A DNA stretch of 64,000 nt from Actinomycetota bacterium (GTDB lineage: Bacteria > Actinomycetota > Actinomycetes > Nanopelagicales > Nanopelagicaceae), in the NCBI GenBank assembly GCA_041181125.1, contig JBEGQD010000070.1, positions 3,102 to 67,101 on the forward strand, given 5' to 3'. This document shows positions 41,092 to 52,492 of this stretch, piece after piece; position 1 is the first letter of the stretch; each line of letters starts with the position of its first letter. Position numbers and translations under genes: made by a program. The notes beneath the pieces are model-generated. The model made no database searches and had not been told where the DNA came from. It worked only from the letters and a program-made list of their open reading frames with translations.

Positions 41092-41747
41092 AATCATTGG
41101 CAATTTTTATATTGTTTCCATTATTTTTATTAGCCTTGTATTCGGTATTCCTTATCAGGAATAAGTCCCAATCAAAAAAGCACCAAGATGAGGCATGGCC
41201 AGAGGTACTTGATTTAATTATTTCAGCACTTCAGTCAGGTGCATCCATCTCAGAGAGCTTGGCAAACCTTGGAAGAGTTGGACCTAAAGCGGTTCAAGAT
41301 AAGTTTAAAAAGTTCGAAAAAAACTTGTCAGCTGGAAGTAAATTTGAATTCTGCCTTAATGATCTTAAGCAGGATTTTTCTAACCCAATTACCGATCAGT
41401 TATTTGAGTGTCTATATTTTACCGCGAAGTTTGGTAGTAAGAATGCTGTAAAAGTGTTACGGGAGTTATCTGAATATGTTTCAGCAGACTTAGCCTTACG
41501 ATCTGAAATTTCAACTAGGTTTGGTTGGATCAAGAATTCAGCAAACTTAGCGGCCATTGCTCCTTGGATTCTGCTATTTATTTTACGGACTCAAGAAAAT
41601 GCCCGAGTTGCGTATCTTCAACCAACTGGCCGTACGATTATGATTTTTGGAGTTATCGCAACACTTATCGCGTATTTTTGGATGAATAAAATTGCAAGAT
41701 TGCCAAAAGCCAAGCGACTATTCACAATGCAGATAGTTGAGAGATGA
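41088..41747 (+). CDS. tadB: TadB-like type II secretion system F protein
   Basis: WPEVLD..ISALQSG T2SSF pattern, TM helices, APW motif; follows tadA. Confidence 0.8.
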   Translation: MKSLAIFILFPLFLLALYSVFLIRNKSQSKKHQDEAWPEVLDLIISALQSGASISESLANLGRVGPKAVQDKFKKFEKNLSAGSKFEFCLNDLKQDFSNPITDQLFECLYFTAKFGSKNAVKVLRELSEYVSADLALRSEISTRFGWIKNSANLAAIAPWILLFILRTQENARVAYLQPTGRTIMIFGVIATLIAYFWMNKIARLPKAKRLFTMQIVER

Positions 41748-42361
41748 ATCGTTTAAGTCTTTATATTTTTATCCTAGTAGCTCCGGCAGCAATCTTTTCA
41801 TTAAGAATTATATTTATCGAAACATCAAACTTACTTTCTGTTTCAGATTATGCATCTAAACTCCAATGGTTAAATAATTTTATAAGAAATTTAACTGGTA
41901 GTCAGGTAAAACAGAATGAGATTAACGAGGAACTCGTAAATATATTACAGATGCTATCAATTATGATTTCAGCGGGTGAAAGTCCAATGATGGGATTACG
42001 TTATATATCGCAAAGATCATTTGGAGTTATACCGAATTTAATTAAGCAAAGTTTTGCTAAATATGAGAGTGGACGCAATCTCGCTCAGACTATGGATTTT
42101 ATAGCGGTTGCAACGAGTTCACATCAGGTTAGGCGGCTTACAAACTCAATTCAAATTGCTATCGAACGTGGCACACCAGTATTAGATGTATTAAATAATC
42201 AGGTCCAAGCACTTAACAAGCAGATCAATATTTCTTTGCTTAAAAAATCTGGCAAGAGTGAAATTGCCCTGCTTATCCCAGTGGTCTTTCTAATCCTGCC
42301 AGTCTCGATTAGTTTTGCTATTTGGCCCTCAATCTATGGCTTAAACCAAGCGGGGTTTTAG
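41744..42361 (+). CDS. tadC: TadC-like type II secretion system F protein
   Basis: ISAGESP, AIERGTP, GKSEIALLIPVVFLILP. Confidence 0.8.
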   Translation: MNRLSLYIFILVAPAAIFSLRIIFIETSNLLSVSDYASKLQWLNNFIRNLTGSQVKQNEINEELVNILQMLSIMISAGESPMMGLRYISQRSFGVIPNLIKQSFAKYESGRNLAQTMDFIAVATSSHQVRRLTNSIQIAIERGTPVLDVLNNQVQALNKQINISLLKKSGKSEIALLIPVVFLILPVSISFAIWPSIYGLNQAGF

Positions 42362-42374
42362 TGCAAAAGGTTAG

Positions 42375-43721
<1,347 letters not shown>

Positions 43722-43747
43722 TTGGCGGTTGAAGTAATATTGCCACC

Positions 43748-43870
43748 GATGTATCCGGGGGTCGGCGTAATTCCGAACCGGCGGTAAAAGTCCGCGACCC
43801 AAATGAAATACATTTGGTTGACTTGGTGAAACTCCAAGACCGACAGTTAAAGTCTGGATAAAGGAACATC
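43748..43870 (+). ncRNA. FMN riboswitch (RFN element)
   Basis: GGGGTCGG..AATTCCGAACCGGCGGT..AGTCCGCGA..TGA..GGTGAAACTCC..ACCGACAGT.AAAGTCTGGAT; P1 GATGT..CC/GG..ACATC abuts SD AGGAG. Confidence 0.95.
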
Positions 43871-43883
43871 TAGGAGATAACGC

Positions 43884-44558
43884 ATGTCCATTTTAAAATG
43901 GTTGTTTGAAGCCCAAATCCAATTCGGTAGTAAATCAATCGCTTGGCGCGAAGTAATAGGTGGAATTCTTGGTCTATCTAGCGCAGTACTTGGTTTAAAA
44001 CGAAAAGTAATTGCCTGGCCAGTTGGAATAGTCGGTGATGCACTTCTTTTTACAGTATTTCTTGGCGCTGTATTTTCATTCGGAGCTGAAGATCAACAAA
44101 AGAACTTTTACGGACAAGCTAGCCGTAATTTACTTTTAATCATCGTAAGTGTTTATGGTTGGATCCGGTGGAATCAGTACCGTAAATCAGGTGCTCCAGG
44201 AACTCCACCAGTTGTTCCTCGTTGGACAACAACCAAAGAGAAGTTGGTATTGGTGCCAGCAATTGCAATTTTCTTTACGATTGCATATCAAATCTTTAAA
44301 TCTCTTGGTGAATCAGGCCAATGGCTATTTGTTGATACCTGGATATTTACCGGAACAGCGCTTGCAACCTTCGGCATGAGTCGAGGTTATGTTGAGTTCT
44401 GGCTAGTTTGGATTGCAGTTGACCTGGTTGGCGTCCCTTTTGCTTTTAAGAATGGTTACTACCCAACCGGAACGTTGTATGCAATCTACCTACCATTTGT
44501 AATCTGGGGCTTTATTTCATGGCTTAGGATTTCAAAGAAAGAAAAAGCAACGGTTTAA
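43884..44558 (+). CDS. pnuX: PnuC-family riboflavin transporter PnuX
   Basis: PnuC motifs (AWPVGI, YGW..W, EFWLVWIAVD) under FMN riboswitch control. Confidence 0.88.
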   Translation: MSILKWLFEAQIQFGSKSIAWREVIGGILGLSSAVLGLKRKVIAWPVGIVGDALLFTVFLGAVFSFGAEDQQKNFYGQASRNLLLIIVSVYGWIRWNQYRKSGAPGTPPVVPRWTTTKEKLVLVPAIAIFFTIAYQIFKSLGESGQWLFVDTWIFTGTALATFGMSRGYVEFWLVWIAVDLVGVPFAFKNGYYPTGTLYAIYLPFVIWGFISWLRISKKEKATV

Positions 44559-44567
44559 CTTCAAGCA

Positions 44568-44597
44568 ATAAGGGCCGAGTCGAATCTCGGCCCTTAT
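44568..44597. terminator. Bidirectional terminator between pnuX and pirin
   Basis: ATAAGGGCCGAG-N6-CTCGGCCCTTAT, a perfect 12-bp stem. Confidence 0.85.
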
Positions 44598-44599
44598 AT

Positions 44600-45649
44600 T
44601 TAACGCTCCTGTAGCTCTTCAGGTGTTCCATGAACACCTTTTAAATCTCCACTCAATTTATATCCAACTCCATCTCGCTGTGATGGCCTGACTTTCTTGC
44701 TCCAATCAGGTGGCACAATTCCTAATACACCTTTTTGGAAATCATCAAAAGCTTTTAAAACCTCAGTTTTTGTATTCATAACAAATGGACCCATCCAGGC
44801 AACTGGCTCTTTGATTGGTAATCCACCCAAAATTAAAACATCCATAGCCGGAGAACGTGACTCTTGATTTAAATCTGCAGCAATGACAATAACATCGCCA
44901 TCACGATAGGTAACAAGTTGACCGGTTTTAATCAGATGTTTTTCATCTCCAACACTTCCAAAACCATTTAAGACATATGCAAGTGCGTTGTATGAAGGAT
45001 TCCATGGCAAGCGAAGCTCTGCTCCTGGTTGTAATGTGGCATGGACCAATGTGATTGGTGTCTGAGTTGAACCTGGACCTTTGTGGCCAGCAACTTCACC
45101 AGCAATTACTCTAAGAAGTGCGCCACCATCACTTGAAGAAAGTAGTGCAACATCTGATGCTCGTAAATCTTGATAAGCAGGCGGTGACCATTTTTTTGAC
45201 GCCGGTAGATTTACCCAAAGTTGAAAACCATGAAATAAACCGCCACTAACAACTAAATGTTCTGGTGGTGTTTCGATATGCAAAATTCCAGCACCGGCAG
45301 TCATCCATTGTGTGTCACCATCAGAGATAGTTCCACCACCACCATGATTGTCATAGTGATCAAAGATGCCATCGATAATATAAGTCACAGTTTCAAAGCC
45401 ACGATGTGGATGCCAAGGAGTTCCTTTTGGCTCTCCAGGTGCGTACTCAACCTCACCCATTTGATCTAAGTGAATAAATGGATCCAAATCTGCTAAATCA
45501 ACACCAGCAAATGCTCGCCTTACCGGAAATCCTTCTCCTTCATGACCTTGGGGGGCAGTAGTAATACTTTTAACGCGACGAGGCCGCAATTTGGCATCAG
45601 AAACTATGCGCGGAAGGACAGTGATGTCACGAACACTTATTGCTGGCAC
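44600..45649 (-). CDS. Pirin family protein
   Basis: DPFIHLD, HPHRGFETVTY, QWMTAGAGILHIE, FQLWVNLP, GPFVMNT. Confidence 0.95.
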   Translation of the reverse strand: MPAISVRDITVLPRIVSDAKLRPRRVKSITTAPQGHEGEGFPVRRAFAGVDLADLDPFIHLDQMGEVEYAPGEPKGTPWHPHRGFETVTYIIDGIFDHYDNHGGGGTISDGDTQWMTAGAGILHIETPPEHLVVSGGLFHGFQLWVNLPASKKWSPPAYQDLRASDVALLSSSDGGALLRVIAGEVAGHKGPGSTQTPITLVHATLQPGAELRLPWNPSYNALAYVLNGFGSVGDEKHLIKTGQLVTYRDGDVIVIAADLNQESRSPAMDVLILGGLPIKEPVAWMGPFVMNTKTEVLKAFDDFQKGVLGIVPPDWSKKVRPSQRDGVGYKLSGDLKGVHGTPEELQER

Positions 45650-45684
45650 ATATCTCCAATATTTTGTTAATCAACTAATCATAT

Positions 45685-45710
45685 AACTAATTTTAAGTAA
45701 CTTTTATTCC
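45685..45710 (-). promoter_or_regulatory. SigR/SigH-type promoter of pirin
   Basis: Minus strand has an exact GGAAT-N18-GTT. Confidence 0.7.
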
Positions 45711-47096
45711 TTATAATGCTTTTAGCGCACTAACTACTTTTGTTAGCGAATCCTTTGCATCACCAAATAAAAGTGTGGTCTTAGCATCATATAAAAGCTC
45801 ATTTTCAATGCCAGCAAAGCCTGGTCGCATGGATCGTTTTAGAAAGATCACATTTCCTGCTTGGCCAACTTCTAAAATTGGCATGCCGTAGATGGGACAG
45901 CCAGGCGTAGTTTTTGCTGCCGGGTTTACCACATCGTTTGCGCCCACAACTAATACAACATCTGTTTGTGGAAAAGTTGGATTTATCTCTTCCATCTCAA
46001 CTAACTGTTCATAAGGAACATTTGCTTCAGCAAGTAACACATTCATATGGCCTGGCATACGACCTGCAACTGCGTGGATGCCATATGCAACCTCAATACC
46101 TTTGGATGCCAATAAATCGGCTAACTCTCTAACAGTATGTTGTGCTTGCGCAACTGCAAGTCCAAAGCCAGGAACAATAACTACACGTTGTGCGTAGTTA
46201 AGAAGTATTGCAACATCATCTGGTGAGCCAGATTTAACTGGTCTAGTATCAACTTCACTAGAACTTGCTTGGGCTTTTGCAGTAAATGCGCCAAATAAAG
46301 TTCCAAATAAAGAGCGGCCCATCGCTTCAGCCATTAATCGCGTAAGAATTGTTCCAGATGCACCAACTAATGTTCCAGCAACAATTAATAAAGTTGTTTG
46401 CAGAACATAACCGGAGGCAGCAACTGTTAAACCAGTAAATGCATTTAGAAGTGAAATAACAATAGGAACATCTGCTCCGCCAACTGGCAATACAAATAAA
46501 ATTCCAAATAGCAGTGAAAGCAATCCATTTAATAGTAATGGGGTAGAGCCACCTGACGTAATTACCCAACCACCACTCGCCAAAACTCCAATCAAAGTTA
46601 ATGCGATTACTTGGCGACCGAGCGGGAATATTACTGGCCTAGTTGTCATCAGCTCTTGCAACTTCAAGAAGGTAATTACTGAACCAGAGAAGGAGACGCA
46701 ACCTACAATTACAGTAAAAACAGTTGCAACCACCTCCGCAGTTGTTGCCCCATCGCCTAACTTTAGATACTCAACAATTGCTACCAGCGCAGCAGCACCA
46801 CCACCAACACCATTGAAAAGTGCCACAAGTTGCGGCATCTGAGTCATCTGTACTTTACGAGCAGCAGGAACACCAACTATTACACCAAATCCAATCGCAG
46901 CAAGAATCAGTGGCAAGTGGTTAAGTGCTTTTCCACCATTAGCATAAAAGAAAACAATAATTGTGGCGACCGTTGCACCAATTGCGCCAATCAAGTTTCC
47001 ACGTCTTGCAGATTTTGGTGAAGATAGACCTTTTAAAGCCAGAATAAAGCAGATACCCGCCGCTAAACCAATTAGGTCATAGAGATTACGACTCAT
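45711..47096 (-). CDS. pntB: NAD(P) transhydrogenase beta subunit
   Basis: MPQLVA, GGADVP, PGFGLAVAQAQ, AGRMPGHMNVLLAEA, GANDVVNP. Confidence 0.96.
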   Translation of the reverse strand: MSRNLYDLIGLAAGICFILALKGLSSPKSARRGNLIGAIGATVATIIVFFYANGGKALNHLPLILAAIGFGVIVGVPAARKVQMTQMPQLVALFNGVGGGAAALVAIVEYLKLGDGATTAEVVATVFTVIVGCVSFSGSVITFLKLQELMTTRPVIFPLGRQVIALTLIGVLASGGWVITSGGSTPLLLNGLLSLLFGILFVLPVGGADVPIVISLLNAFTGLTVAASGYVLQTTLLIVAGTLVGASGTILTRLMAEAMGRSLFGTLFGAFTAKAQASSSEVDTRPVKSGSPDDVAILLNYAQRVVIVPGFGLAVAQAQHTVRELADLLASKGIEVAYGIHAVAGRMPGHMNVLLAEANVPYEQLVEMEEINPTFPQTDVVLVVGANDVVNPAAKTTPGCPIYGMPILEVGQAGNVIFLKRSMRPGFAGIENELLYDAKTTLLFGDAKDSLTKVVSALKAL

Positions 47097-47419
47097 TTGC
47101 TATCTCCAGAATCCTTCTTAACTTTTGGCTTTCCTTTAAACATCTGCAACATTCGATCTGTGACTACAAATCCACCAACCATATTTATTGTTGCAAGTAT
47201 TACTGCAGCAAGTGCCAGTCCTAACTCAAGATTAGTGTTGGCGTGATCTGCCACCACAATTGCGCCAACTAAAATAACTCCGTGAATTGCATTAGCACCA
47301 CTCATAAGAGGAGTGTGTAAGGTCGTTGAAACTTTAGATACAACTTCGAAGCCAACAAAGATTGACAATATAAAGATCGCAAGTAAGGCGATTTCATTGC
47401 TCATTAACTCAGTGGCCAT
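47093..47419 (-). CDS. pntAb: NAD(P) transhydrogenase alpha subunit part 2 (membrane)
   Basis: LHTPLMSGANAI, GGFVVTDRML. Confidence 0.93.
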   Translation of the reverse strand: MATELMSNEIALLAIFILSIFVGFEVVSKVSTTLHTPLMSGANAIHGVILVGAIVVADHANTNLELGLALAAVILATINMVGGFVVTDRMLQMFKGKPKVKKDSGDSK

Positions 47420-48543
47420 TATTTACTCTTCTCTCGCTTAGCACCATTATGTGTAAGGGTGGCTGAATCAATAATCTCATCAGTAAAATTAGGTTCAATT
47501 ACTCCAGTAGGTTTGCCATCAACTGTTTTGCTCATAAGCAAAAGTAGATTTACTACATTTCGAGAGAACAACATAGATGCATGAAATGCTAATTGGCTGG
47601 GCACATCTTTTCCGCCCCAAATCCTTACGCCACCACTTGTAGTCGTAATTTCACCGGCAACAGAGCCTTCAACATTTCCACCACTTTCAGCAGCAAGGTC
47701 AACCACCACAGATCCTGGGGTCATATGTGAAACCATTTGTGCTGTTACCAACCGTGGCGCGGTTCTGCCAGGAACAGCAGCGGTAGTAATCAAAACATCA
47801 GCAGCAGCAATATAAGGAGTAAGTAATTCACGTTGTTTTGCAGCACGCTCTTCAGTCATCTCTCTGGCATAACCCCCGGCGCCTTCTAATGCTTCAAGTT
47901 CTAATGTAATAAATTTTGCGCCCATTGATTTCACTTCATCAGCAGAGGCTGGACGAACATCATAGGCAGATACAACTGCGCCTAATCTTTTTGCAGTTGC
48001 AATTGCTTGCAGGCCGGCAACACCTGCTCCTAAAACTACAACCTTTGCCGGCGTAACAGTTCCGGCAGCGGTCATCAGAAGTGGAAAAAACTTAGGTGAC
48101 AATTCAGCTGCAACTAAAGATGCTTTATACCCAGCGCATAATGCTTGTGAGGTAAGAGCGTCCATTGATTGAGCACGAGAGATTCTTGGCACCATCTCAA
48201 GTGAGATTGCCGTGACGCCAGCTGCAATAGCGGCATTAATTGAATCAGCAGCGGTCATTGGTGATAAAAAAGAGATTGTTATCGAACCCTTTTTAAGGCT
48301 TTTAATTTGAGTGGGCGTTAGCGGCTGAACTGAAAGAATTACATCACTATTGCCTAGAACATCGCCAGATTTAACTTGTGCACCAGCATCGGTAAATTGC
48401 TTGTCAGAGTACTCAGCAGCAACTCCAGCGCCAGACTCAATTACAACCTCAAGCCCTGCTTTAGTTAATTTTGAAATAATATCGGGAACTAACGCGACTC
48501 GTTTTTCACCAGATTTAATTTCTTTAGGAACTGAAACTCGCAT
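47419..48543 (-). CDS. pntAa: NAD(P) transhydrogenase alpha subunit part 1 (domain I)
   Basis: EKRVALVP, RISRAQSMDAL, GAGVAGLQA, DLAAESGGN. Confidence 0.95.
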   Translation of the reverse strand: MRVSVPKEIKSGEKRVALVPDIISKLTKAGLEVVIESGAGVAAEYSDKQFTDAGAQVKSGDVLGNSDVILSVQPLTPTQIKSLKKGSITISFLSPMTAADSINAAIAAGVTAISLEMVPRISRAQSMDALTSQALCAGYKASLVAAELSPKFFPLLMTAAGTVTPAKVVVLGAGVAGLQAIATAKRLGAVVSAYDVRPASADEVKSMGAKFITLELEALEGAGGYAREMTEERAAKQRELLTPYIAAADVLITTAAVPGRTAPRLVTAQMVSHMTPGSVVVDLAAESGGNVEGSVAGEITTTSGGVRIWGGKDVPSQLAFHASMLFSRNVVNLLLLMSKTVDGKPTGVIEPNFTDEIIDSATLTHNGAKREKSK

Positions 48544-48568
48544 TCGCTTACTCTACCTAACCTTCACT

Positions 48569-49522
48569 TTAATTATTACCCTTTAAATCACCTCTAGTTA
48601 GATGATAGAGCAGGGCTTGAATAGTTGTTCGACGATGGAAAGCCTGACGCCAAACTACAGATTTCTCACCATCTATTACTTCAGCGGCCACCTCTTCACC
48701 ACGGTGTGCTGGTAGGCAGTGCATAAATATTGAATCTTTAGTAGCTAACTTCATCAATTCATTTGTAACAGCAAATGGAGTCAAAGCAGCTATTTTTTCA
48801 GACCGATCTGCTTCAGAATCACCCATCGACATCCAAACATCGGTATAAACAACACTTGCGCCACTAACTGCAGCTTTTGGATCAGTTAATACTTCAATCT
48901 TTGCACCAGATTGTTTTGCAATTTTATTTGCTTGATCTATAACTGAAGATTTAGGCGCCCACTTACCACCTGGGGTAGCGACTACAACATGCGCTCCTAT
49001 AGTTGCACCCATTAACAACCAAGCTGTTGCAACATTATTTCCATCCCCAACGTAAACAAATTTGCGATTTTTGATATCTTTTCCAAATCGCTCCGTGATA
49101 GTTAGCCAATCAGCTAACAGTTGAGTGGGATGGTCATCATCAGTTAAAGCATTAATAACTGGAATACTTGCATGCTTTCCTAATTCATCAACATCTGATT
49201 GAGCGAAGGTGCGAACAATTAAAGCGCTGCAAAAGCCAGATATAATTTTTGCCGTATCTGAGATTGTTTCTCCTCGGCCAATTTGCAAATCATCACCGCG
49301 TAAGAAGATTGGTGTTCCACCTAGATGGGCAATAGCAGTTTCAGAAGCTAATCTGGTTCGGGTAGAAGATTTAGTCATATAGATAGCAACTGTGTGCTTG
49401 GCTAATGCTTTCTTAGAACGAAGTGGATTTTTAGCAAACTTGCTTGCGGTTGCAAGAAGTAGCTCGATATCGGTTTTTGAAAGATCTGATGTGTGAAGTA
49501 GATCTTTAAGAGGTGCGCTCAT
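48569..49522 (-). CDS. argF: Ornithine carbamoyltransferase
   Basis: STRTR, HPTQ, GDGNN, TDVWMSMG, HCLP. Confidence 0.93.
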   Translation of the reverse strand: MSAPLKDLLHTSDLSKTDIELLLATASKFAKNPLRSKKALAKHTVAIYMTKSSTRTRLASETAIAHLGGTPIFLRGDDLQIGRGETISDTAKIISGFCSALIVRTFAQSDVDELGKHASIPVINALTDDDHPTQLLADWLTITERFGKDIKNRKFVYVGDGNNVATAWLLMGATIGAHVVVATPGGKWAPKSSVIDQANKIAKQSGAKIEVLTDPKAAVSGASVVYTDVWMSMGDSEADRSEKIAALTPFAVTNELMKLATKDSIFMHCLPAHRGEEVAAEVIDGEKSVVWRQAFHRRTTIQALLYHLTRGDLKGNN

Positions 49523-49562
49523 TGGTAAATGGTAGGCGATAATTTTAGATTAAGATTTGCCC

Positions 49563-49814
49563 ATGGGCTTTCTCGACGATTTACGCGGTAAATCAAGTAA
49601 GGGCGGGCTACTTGAGAAGGAGTTGCTAGCCCCAACTGATGAGGGTGATCATGAGCGATTTTCACATTATGTTGATAAGAACAAGATCACTGAATCAGCG
49701 GTTACTGGCAAAGCAGTTCGCGCACTTTGCGGAAAGAAGTGGATTCCAAACCGCGATCCACAAAAATTTCCAATCTGCCCAACATGTAAAGAGATTCACG
49801 CTCGCTTAAAGTAA
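49563..49814 (+). CDS. DUF3039 family small Zn-binding protein
   Basis: GDHERFSHYV, ALCGKKW, PICPTCK; TAAGAT-N6-ATG favours start 49563. Confidence 0.88.
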   Translation: MGFLDDLRGKSSKGGLLEKELLAPTDEGDHERFSHYVDKNKITESAVTGKAVRALCGKKWIPNRDPQKFPICPTCKEIHARLK

Positions 49815-49845
49815 TTTCTCAGATAAAACCGATACCCTAAAATTC

Positions 49846-51564
49846 ATGGGATCTCGAAAGCTACTTGTAACTTCAATAGCTTTTACCTTTTTAATTTTAA
49901 ATGCCACACAATCAATGGCCGATAATCCACCAAGAAGAATTCTCTCTGGTTGGCTTCCAGATTACTCGCTGGCAAGAAATCTACCAACAGTTGAAGGTAA
50001 TCTAGATTTGATTAGAGATATTTCACCATTTTGGTATGGCCTGACCGGTGAAACCTCAATTAAAGATAAGTACGCACTCGGTAAATACACAACGCCAATC
50101 GAGCAAGTTATTGCAAGATTGAAAGCAAATGGATTATTGCTTCTACCAACTATAACTGACGATAATCCAAAGTTAGTGTTAGCTAATCTGCTTGCAAATC
50201 CAAACTCAAGAACAAATATTGTGCAAACAATTAGAGCACTTGTACTTAAGTACAATTATGATGGTATTGATTTAGATTTTGAAACTTTCTATACCCAAGA
50301 TGGCAGATCATCATGGCCAGCGCTTAAACCAAATTGGATTTTGTTCATTAAAGAGTTATCAACTGCTTTGCATGATCAAGGAAAGCTTTTATCTGTCACC
50401 ACACCACCTGATTTTGCACCTGAAACTAAACGTGCTGGAAATTCGGTTTACTCCTGGGCAGAGATCGGACCAATGATTGATCGACTTCGGATAATGGCAT
50501 ACGACTTTTCAACCACCTCACCTGGACCAATTGGGCCCCTACCGTGGAGTGAGGATGCAGTGAAGTATGCAGTAAGCCAAATACCAGCATCTAAAGTTTT
50601 CTTAGGCATTCCAGGATATGGCAGAGACTGGATCACAAAAGTTGAAGGAGTGTGTCCAAAAGATTTTGCATCCTCTGTTGTAGTCGGAGCAAAAGCTGCG
50701 GTAGTAATGCGCGAAGCACTAGCTCTTGCAACAAGTAATAATGCAATTCCTACCTATAACACTACGCATGCAGAATCGACATTTAGTTATAAGAAAACCT
50801 ATGTCGACCCAACTAACTCAGCAAGTTATTGCACCGCTAATCGAACTGTTTGGTATCCAGATGAACGAAGTTATACCGCACGGACCAATCTTGTTGGCAA
50901 GTATCGCTTAGGTGGAATCGCGGTCTGGACCTTTGGCATGGAAAACCCTGCTGCAATTGCCACAATCAGAGATATTGCAAAGTCGATAGCACCTGATCAA
51001 GTACTAGGCACAATTGGTACAGACCTCGAGCAAATTTCATATGGTTCTGCATTTAATCTAACCGGTGTATTTAAACTGCCAGATAAAACTCCAGTCAGCT
51101 CACTTAATGTCAGGTTTGAGATTAAAAACAGCAGCGACAGTAATTGGCGAACGCTTGCAGCTGGTGTAACTGATGCAACTGGTGTTATTGCAGTACCAGT
51201 CATCATCGCCCAAAAAAGTCAGATCAGATTAGTTTCAGAGGCAAGTTGGGAGCGGTCAGAGGGTAAGACTGCTGAAAAAATTATCTCAGTGGTGCCAAGT
51301 GTTTCGCTCTCACTTCCCGCTTCGGTAAAAGCTGCTGCTAACTACGCCATAACTGGTCAAATCCTGCCAAAGATTGGTGGCATCAAATTAACTGTTAAGC
51401 AAAACGGAAAGTCGATCGGTGATTTCATCACCGATGCCACAGGCGGTTTTGCCTTTGATATCAAGCCAACTGCAACCGGTCTTGCTAAATACCAAGTTAT
51501 AGTCGCGGCAGGTGAAAAAAATACTGCCGCAATTAGTGATGAGATGACCATTTTAGTTAGATAA
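49846..51564 (+). CDS. Secreted glycoside hydrolase family 18 (chitinase/peptidoglycan hydrolase-like) with C-terminal beta-sandwich domains
   Basis: Signal peptide, DGIDLDFE catalytic motif, IMAYD, LGIPGYG, GGIAVW. Confidence 0.85.
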   Translation: MGSRKLLVTSIAFTFLILNATQSMADNPPRRILSGWLPDYSLARNLPTVEGNLDLIRDISPFWYGLTGETSIKDKYALGKYTTPIEQVIARLKANGLLLLPTITDDNPKLVLANLLANPNSRTNIVQTIRALVLKYNYDGIDLDFETFYTQDGRSSWPALKPNWILFIKELSTALHDQGKLLSVTTPPDFAPETKRAGNSVYSWAEIGPMIDRLRIMAYDFSTTSPGPIGPLPWSEDAVKYAVSQIPASKVFLGIPGYGRDWITKVEGVCPKDFASSVVVGAKAAVVMREALALATSNNAIPTYNTTHAESTFSYKKTYVDPTNSASYCTANRTVWYPDERSYTARTNLVGKYRLGGIAVWTFGMENPAAIATIRDIAKSIAPDQVLGTIGTDLEQISYGSAFNLTGVFKLPDKTPVSSLNVRFEIKNSSDSNWRTLAAGVTDATGVIAVPVIIAQKSQIRLVSEASWERSEGKTAEKIISVVPSVSLSLPASVKAAANYAITGQILPKIGGIKLTVKQNGKSIGDFITDATGGFAFDIKPTATGLAKYQVIVAAGEKNTAAISDEMTILVR

Positions 51565-51571
51565 TTTGCCT

Positions 51572-51868
51572 ATGAGTTCTCAAACCCAAATGGAAGAAGA
51601 TCTGGATCTAAGTAAGTTCTTTGATAATCTTTGGGTCACAATTGTTTGGGATGATCCAGTAAATTTAATGAATTATGTGACATATGTATTTATTAAATTG
51701 TTCAACTTCTCAAAAGAGAAAGCACATAACTTAATGATGCAAGTTCATACCGAAGGTAAAGCAGTTGTCGCCTCAGGGACCCGAGAAGAGATGGAACGAA
51801 TTGTTCAGCAATTACATGAACATGGGCTTTGGGCCACCTTACAAAGAGATGACCATGGGCGAGTTTAA
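51572..51868 (+). CDS. clpS: ATP-dependent Clp protease adaptor ClpS
   Basis: [26 protein letters not shown]. Confidence 0.95.
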   Translation: MSSQTQMEEDLDLSKFFDNLWVTIVWDDPVNLMNYVTYVFIKLFNFSKEKAHNLMMQVHTEGKAVVASGTREEMERIVQQLHEHGLWATLQRDDHGRV

Positions 51869-52427
51869 AGGTTCCGTAAAATCTGGTGACTTATCAGTTG
51901 CACTAAGCAATGATGAGTTACATATTCTTATTAATTTAGTTGAACAACTATTGGAATTACTAGGCGAACGTAATTTTGTTCACCACTATCAATCCAATGA
52001 TCCATTTGCGCAATTAATGGCAGCCTCAATTGGAAATCTAGAAGCTGCTATTGAGCAACCAGAGGATCCTGTACTTCGCCGGCTACTTCCCAATGCATAC
52101 GCCGATCCAGAGAGTGCGGCTGAGTTTCGCAAGTACACCGAAAGTTCACTTCGTATGGTTAAACAAACCCACCTTATGTATCTGCGAGAGCAGTTAGTTT
52201 TCCCAGTAGATCATGAGCTTCCAAAGGCAGATATCCCAGTCACTGACCCAACACAATGGCTGATTGCAATCAATGATCTTCGCCTAGCCCTAGCCGTTCG
52301 ATTAGATGTAAAGCAAGATAGTTATGAAAAGTATGAGTTAATGAAAGATAGTGATGAACAAAAACCACTCTTTGCAGTTTATTTTTGGCTAGGTGGTATC
52401 CAGGAGAGTTTAATCAGCCATATCTAA
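51855..52427 (+). CDS. DUF2017 family protein
   Basis: [40 protein letters not shown]; always downstream of clpS in actinobacteria. Start is 51849 or 51855. Confidence 0.85.
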   Translation: MGEFKGSVKSGDLSVALSNDELHILINLVEQLLELLGERNFVHHYQSNDPFAQLMAASIGNLEAAIEQPEDPVLRRLLPNAYADPESAAEFRKYTESSLRMVKQTHLMYLREQLVFPVDHELPKADIPVTDPTQWLIAINDLRLALAVRLDVKQDSYEKYELMKDSDEQKPLFAVYFWLGGIQESLISHI

Positions 52428-52441
52428 GTGAATTTAACAAC

Positions 52442-52477
52442 AAAAAAAGCGGAGCCAATCTCTTGGCCCCGCTTTTC
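52442..52477. terminator. Bidirectional terminator between DUF2017 and actR
   Basis: AAAAGCGG-A-GCCAA TCTC TTGGC-C-CCGCTTTT. Confidence 0.85.
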
Positions 52478-52492
52478 AATTAGTTCAGACGA

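Noticed and set aside
39481-42361. Horizontally acquired AT-rich tad island or conjugation system
   Set aside because: It looks somewhat AT-richer by eye, but there are no boundaries, relaxase or VirB4; it matches the ordinary actinobacterial tadABC.
51765-51848. Long N-terminus of the DUF2017 ORF
   Set aside because: It overlaps clpS by about 100 bp from a non-ATG start; ATG 51849 or 51855 is more plausible.
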